From NCBI GenBank assembly GCA_048938105.1, contig JBHLMN010000003.1:128001-192000 (forward strand): DNA of 64,000 bases, in the 5' to 3' direction. Source of the DNA: Promethearchaeota archaeon. GTDB lineage: Archaea > Asgardarchaeota > Heimdallarchaeia > Hodarchaeales > Hodarchaeaceae. The position numbers were made by a program, and so were the translations under genes. Shown here one piece after another: positions 59,622 through 64,000 of this stretch; the stretch's first letter is position 1, and each line of letters starts with the position of its first letter. The notes beneath the pieces are model-generated. The model was not told where the DNA came from. It saw only the letters and a list, made by a program, of their open reading frames with translations, and searched no databases.

Positions 59622-61691
59622 TTATTCTCTTCTACTTATTCTATCTCTTATTTTTAATAGTGTTGAAGCTGAAATCTCGGGATTCCGTGATGTTTTTGTA
59701 AATTGAACATATCTTTGAAGCTCTCTACTATACATTTGACTAAAATCATTGTCAAAAGAAGAGCCTCGTGCAGGAATTACAATAAAATCATGAATACTAG
59801 CAAATTCTTTATCCCTATATGTTCTTAGAATTCTCCCTCGTCTTTGTATGAATTCCCTTGGATTCATTGTACTTGCCATTATTACTGCATTTTTAATGCC
59901 AGGGATATCTAAACCTTCATCAAGGCATTTAATTGCAACTAATACCTTAATGGTACCTGTGTTGAATTTGTTTAATATTAAGCTTCTTTCTTTTTCTGTT
60001 TCTTGTGCTGTATATCTTTGATGTTGATATATATCAAGCTCATTGAGCATATTTTGAACTTCATAAACCTGTTCTAGATCTCCACAATAGATTAATGTTT
60101 TTTCTAATTTGATTAATCCATTTGATATTAATTCTTTTAAGCGAGGAGATTTTTTTGATGCTTTACGGATAATTTTTGCCCTTTCTATGAGGTTCTTTTT
60201 GACATTATCTGGAACATTCTCCTCATCTAATAAATATGCCATATTTTTGATTCTAGATGAAATTCGGATATATTCTCTTGATTCTTCGATATTTAATTCA
60301 ACGATATGAGGATAGTAATCATAAGGAACAAGATGTCCATCCTCAATTGCTTGTTTTAGAGAATACTGATAAATTATGTCATGAAAATAGTCTTTTATTG
60401 ATGTACTCCCCTCTTCATCAAACCAACGTTCTGGAGTTGCACTCAATCCTAATCTAAATTTAAAAATGTCAATCATCCCTGCTTGTCTATTTCGAGCTCC
60501 AAAATTATGGACTTCATCCGCAATAATCATAGCATTATTACATTTTTTCAAGTAATTAAGGGATTTTGGAGTAGATAATTTATCATATGTCAATACAATG
60601 AAAGTTATATTATTAGAACCCCATAAATGAAAATTAACAGCTTTTCTCAACTTATCTATCCATTGATGATCAAGTTTCCATACATTTTGTCCGTATTCAG
60701 TTAAAATCTTTGTCCATTGATCAACAATTACAACATATGGACAAACAATAACAACTAATAGTGATTTCGTTAGTTTTTCATGCAATTCGATGGCAGCTTT
60801 AATTGCTGCAAGTGTTTTTCCACTTCCTGTAGACATCTGCCAAATACCATTATGATCCGCAATATGCCATATCTTGATAGCTTCTAGTTGGTGTTTCCAG
60901 AGATCTGGAAGAAGTTTCTCCTCTTTCTTAATACATACGCCTTTATACCATCGTAATAGACGTGCTTTCATTGATTCAATAGATTTAGGTGCCATATTAA
61001 TTAGACGATCTTTCACTGCTTCTGGAACATCATATGTTTTTGCCCTTTTAAGAGAACCATCCCAATATTTTTTAAATTTGTTTAAATCTGCTTCAAGATA
61101 TCCTTTTTGAACTTCTTCCCAGCTTTTGTATACCTTAAACTCTTCTATATTACCCATCCAGCCTGTTATGGATTCATTAATTGATCCACTAAAAGAAACA
61201 CGTTCTCCAAAAGCATCTTTGAGAATACCAATCTTAGGATGAAACATGATATTAGACTTACCTGCTGGTATAACATTTCCTTTATTATCTACCATAACTA
61301 TGATTTTTATTTCAAGTTTCTTACTCGCTACTAGCCATCCTAATGCAGCTATATGATCTTGAATTATTTCTTTTTCAATTGTATTCAAATCAGATAAGAG
61401 TTTTTTTGATAACACATTACTTAATTCTTCTCCTGATTGAATCGCTTCGATATCACAGGTTCGAAGTTTAGCATCAGCCACTAACTTCATTTTGCCATCA
61501 TTAATAACTAGCCCTGCGATCCCTCTTGCTGCAATTAAAAGAGCACTAGAAGAAAATGAGCCAGTTACGCGGAGATATTCAACAGATCGTTCTAAAACTG
61601 GTTGAAAAAAACAAGAAACGATATTCTCATCTTCATCAGAATCATAAGAAAGCTTCAGGTCTAAGTCTCGGAAAGATTTTCTGTTTTTCAA
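59622..61691 (-). CDS. pbeA: PLD-nuclease + SF2 helicase fusion (PbeA-like)
   Basis: HPK...FSGSINES (HKD-type), MSTGSGKT, DEVH, GLSATP, CLDEGLD, QRRGRILR. Confidence 0.7.
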   Translation of the reverse strand: MKNRKSFRDLDLKLSYDSDEDENIVSCFFQPVLERSVEYLRVTGSFSSSALLIAARGIAGLVINDGKMKLVADAKLRTCDIEAIQSGEELSNVLSKKLLSDLNTIEKEIIQDHIAALGWLVASKKLEIKIIVMVDNKGNVIPAGKSNIMFHPKIGILKDAFGERVSFSGSINESITGWMGNIEEFKVYKSWEEVQKGYLEADLNKFKKYWDGSLKRAKTYDVPEAVKDRLINMAPKSIESMKARLLRWYKGVCIKKEEKLLPDLWKHQLEAIKIWHIADHNGIWQMSTGSGKTLAAIKAAIELHEKLTKSLLVVIVCPYVVIVDQWTKILTEYGQNVWKLDHQWIDKLRKAVNFHLWGSNNITFIVLTYDKLSTPKSLNYLKKCNNAMIIADEVHNFGARNRQAGMIDIFKFRLGLSATPERWFDEEGSTSIKDYFHDIIYQYSLKQAIEDGHLVPYDYYPHIVELNIEESREYIRISSRIKNMAYLLDEENVPDNVKKNLIERAKIIRKASKKSPRLKELISNGLIKLEKTLIYCGDLEQVYEVQNMLNELDIYQHQRYTAQETEKERSLILNKFNTGTIKVLVAIKCLDEGLDIPGIKNAVIMASTMNPREFIQRRGRILRTYRDKEFASIHDFIVIPARGSSFDNDFSQMYSRELQRYVQFTKTSRNPEISASTLLKIRDRISRRE

Positions 61692-62089
61692 AATTTTTCT
61701 CCATAGTTCCCCATTAATTAACTTTAAAAATTTGATAAAAAGAAGTTTTATTGACTTTTATAAATGTTCCTACGTAGAAGTGTTGGTTCTATATTATTAC
61801 TAATGAATTAATAATGATTCATCTAATAATAGGAGAGATATTCAGAATTTATGTATTTAAGCTGAAATTCCGAACCTATTAATGTTATGACTTTATTCCT
61901 ATAAGTTAATAAAAGATATATATTTGGTAAAAGTGAATTTAGTTATATTCTTTGAATCAATAATTGAAGAAATAAATTAATATTAAAATAATCAAGAGGG
62001 AAATTAATGATAATAATTAGATTATTAGTAAAAATAATAAAAATGAGTAATCTACATTTCTAGGAGGCAATATGGCATTGTGAGGAAAT

Positions 62090-62836
62090 ATGTCAAATGT
62101 CAATTTATGCTTCCAATTTCATTTTATACTTACAGCCTATTTTATTTTATGGTTCAAAACACATAACCTCTGGGAGAATATTTTTGTACTTGCTAAAGAC
62201 AAGAAACAGTATCATATTAATCCAAAGGCAATAGGAATTCCATATGCTGATAAATCAAACATAGGAAGATACTCTGTTGAAGATCTGAGAGACGCAGGAA
62301 ATATATGGTTAGTACCCTACTCCAAGACCACAGGAGCTACAATAAAAAAAGGCCATGAGGCACCTTTCCCAATAGAATTACCATATAAGTGTATCAAATT
62401 ATCTGAGGGAGAAACAATTCTAGATCCATTTGCTGGAACAGGAAGTACTCTAGCAGCTTCACGAATACTGAAAAAGAAGGGATTTGGATATGAGAAGTTT
62501 CCCCGTAAAGAGATTATTCGTAAAAGAATCATGGAAAGTTCTTTCCAAGATTCTCTCCCTGTACTTATTCCCCATATGGAACTAGCAATTAATATTCTTA
62601 CACATTATTGTAATAAGATTGAATATAATGATTTCAAAAAAGAAGGAACGCTAAAGCTCTCCCAAAAAGAAAAATCTGACTTGAATATTCTCAAAGATGT
62701 CTTAGATCGATTAGGACTTCAACTTCCCATTTTAGATTATTATTTTAATCAACAAGGAAAAAATCAGCTAGATAAAGAAAGTGTCAAGAAGACTGAGTCA
62801 CTTACAAAGTTTCTAAAAAAAAGCTTCAATGATTAA
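62090..62836 (+). pseudogene. 5'-truncated beta-class DNA methyltransferase
   Basis: Has WENIF, GNIW, HEAPFP, DPFAGTGST; the N-terminal SPPY/DPPY catalytic region is absent and the upstream DNA is AT-rich and non-coding. Confidence 0.7.
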
Positions 62837-62884
62837 CATCTTTCACATTCCTAAGGTAAGACATCAACCAGGAGCTAATTATTC

Positions 62885-64000
62885 TTGAATGAGTCAATTC
62901 AAGTCAGGAATTATGCCTTCAAACAGAACTTGAAAGATATTATTCCATCTGGTAACTATTTAACGCACAATCTATACTCTTATCCCGCAAAATTCATCCC
63001 ACACGTACCTTACTATGTTATATCAAAATTCACAAAAAAAGAAAATAGTATTGTATTGGATCCCTTTGCTGGAAGTAGTTCAACAGCAATTGAAGCCTTA
63101 CACTTAGGTCATAATTCAATTTGCATTGATATCAATCCTCTTACAAATTTCCTCACTGAAGTAAAAACCCAACGAATAGCATTTAATTTGACTCAACAAA
63201 CTCCAATGAAGTTAGATGGTTTCTTGGGAGCTGCTTATGACAAAAGAAACGAAAGAAAAATTAAAACCATTGATCTAAAGCTATTCATTGAAGAAATGCA
63301 AAAAAATGATGAAAGATTCTACCCTAAATGGAAAAATATTGATCATTGGTATCCTGAGGAGTTTAAACATATACTTGCGAAAATTTGGGGGTTTATTTAT
63401 TCTAAAGAAGACAAATATCCAAAAAACCTTATGAATTTACTTAAATTAACTGCATTATATGTTTCTCGTTATTTGTCGTATGGAGCGCGTGATGTACCTA
63501 AATTATTCAGATCAAAACGGAGAATAGTACAAGTTGAAGAACTACGTAAAAAAGTAGAAATTAATCCTAATATTCCATATAATACCTTCCGCAAAACACT
63601 CCTTAATAATTTTAATCAAATGAAAGAATTTGCAAGAATTCTTGAAAAAAAGAACATTACTCCAAAATATGAATATGAAATCAGCTCTAGCAGTATTCGA
63701 AACAAGACGATTAATACTAGGAAAATCGTCTGTTTAGGCGATACGGATGTTTTATCCTACAATTTTCCTATTTATGAAGAATTTATTGATTTAATTATTA
63801 CTTCTCCTCCATATATTTATGCTCAAGAGTATATCAGATCAACAAAGTTGGATCTCTATTGGATGAACCTAGTTGATGATGAGCGGGTGAGAGAACTTAC
63901 GAAAAAAGAATTAGGTACTAAAAAAGACGCTGATATTGAATTAATCAAAACCAAATTGGGAAATATTGACTCTTTTAATTTAACAGCTGAAAATATTGAA
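62885..64000 (+). CDS. Amino-DNA methyltransferase (alpha order, N4C-like), runs off the window (not in ORF track)
   Basis: TTG start after GGAG; THNLYSYPAKFIP, LDPFAGSSST, DINP, DLIITSPPY. Confidence 0.88.
   Translation, partial: MNESIQVRNYAFKQNLKDIIPSGNYLTHNLYSYPAKFIPHVPYYVISKFTKKENSIVLDPFAGSSSTAIEALHLGHNSICIDINPLTNFLTEVKTQRIAFNLTQQTPMKLDGFLGAAYDKRNERKIKTIDLKLFIEEMQKNDERFYPKWKNIDHWYPEEFKHILAKIWGFIYSKEDKYPKNLMNLLKLTALYVSRYLSYGARDVPKLFRSKRRIVQVEELRKKVEINPNIPYNTFRKTLLNNFNQMKEFARILEKKNITPKYEYEISSSSIRNKTINTRKIVCLGDTDVLSYNFPIYEEFIDLIITSPPYIYAQEYIRSTKLDLYWMNLVDDERVRELTKKELGTKKDADIELIKTKLGNIDSFNLTAENIE

Noticed and set aside
1573-62532. Numerous 60-116 aa ORF-track entries overlapping larger genes (e.g. 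4499..4768, 11498..11848, 26054..26311, 46038..46337)
   Set aside because: Antisense or out-of-frame shadows of well-supported CDSs, with no motifs.

Overview
AT-rich archaeal chromosomal DNA, most likely from an Asgard archaeon, possibly Heimdallarchaeia/Hodarchaeales. This is inferred from archaeal aIF-1A, Dph2, XerA and single-OB SSB occurring together with longin/DENN-like, PARP-type zinc-finger and mu-homology-like proteins. Bases 1-52 kb are mostly housekeeping and metabolic genes (bcp, gpmI, tmk, cobB, ileS, alaX, divergent pckA, oxoprolinase A/B, glycerate kinase, split LKR/SDH), interspersed with candidate eukaryotic-signature proteins. Bases ~53-64 kb form a mobile/defence island: a solo TnpB, three further DNA methyltransferase genes (one truncated), a degenerate REase-like gene and a PbeABCD-like cassette (PLD-helicase, small ORF, SMC-like ATPase, small ORF) with no dndC/dndA in the window. 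The highlights are: (1) an unannotated structured intergenic RNA at ~41.6-41.9 kb whose predicted 5' end is antisense to the 5' end of SSU rRNA, like U3 snoRNA box A; (2) a circularly permuted iPGM; (3) a HEAT + mu-homology-like protein; (4) a tandem zf-PARP protein; (5) a methyltransferase-flanked Pbe-like module. No tRNA, rRNA or CRISPR array was recognised. All family calls come from reading motifs by eye; no searches were run.
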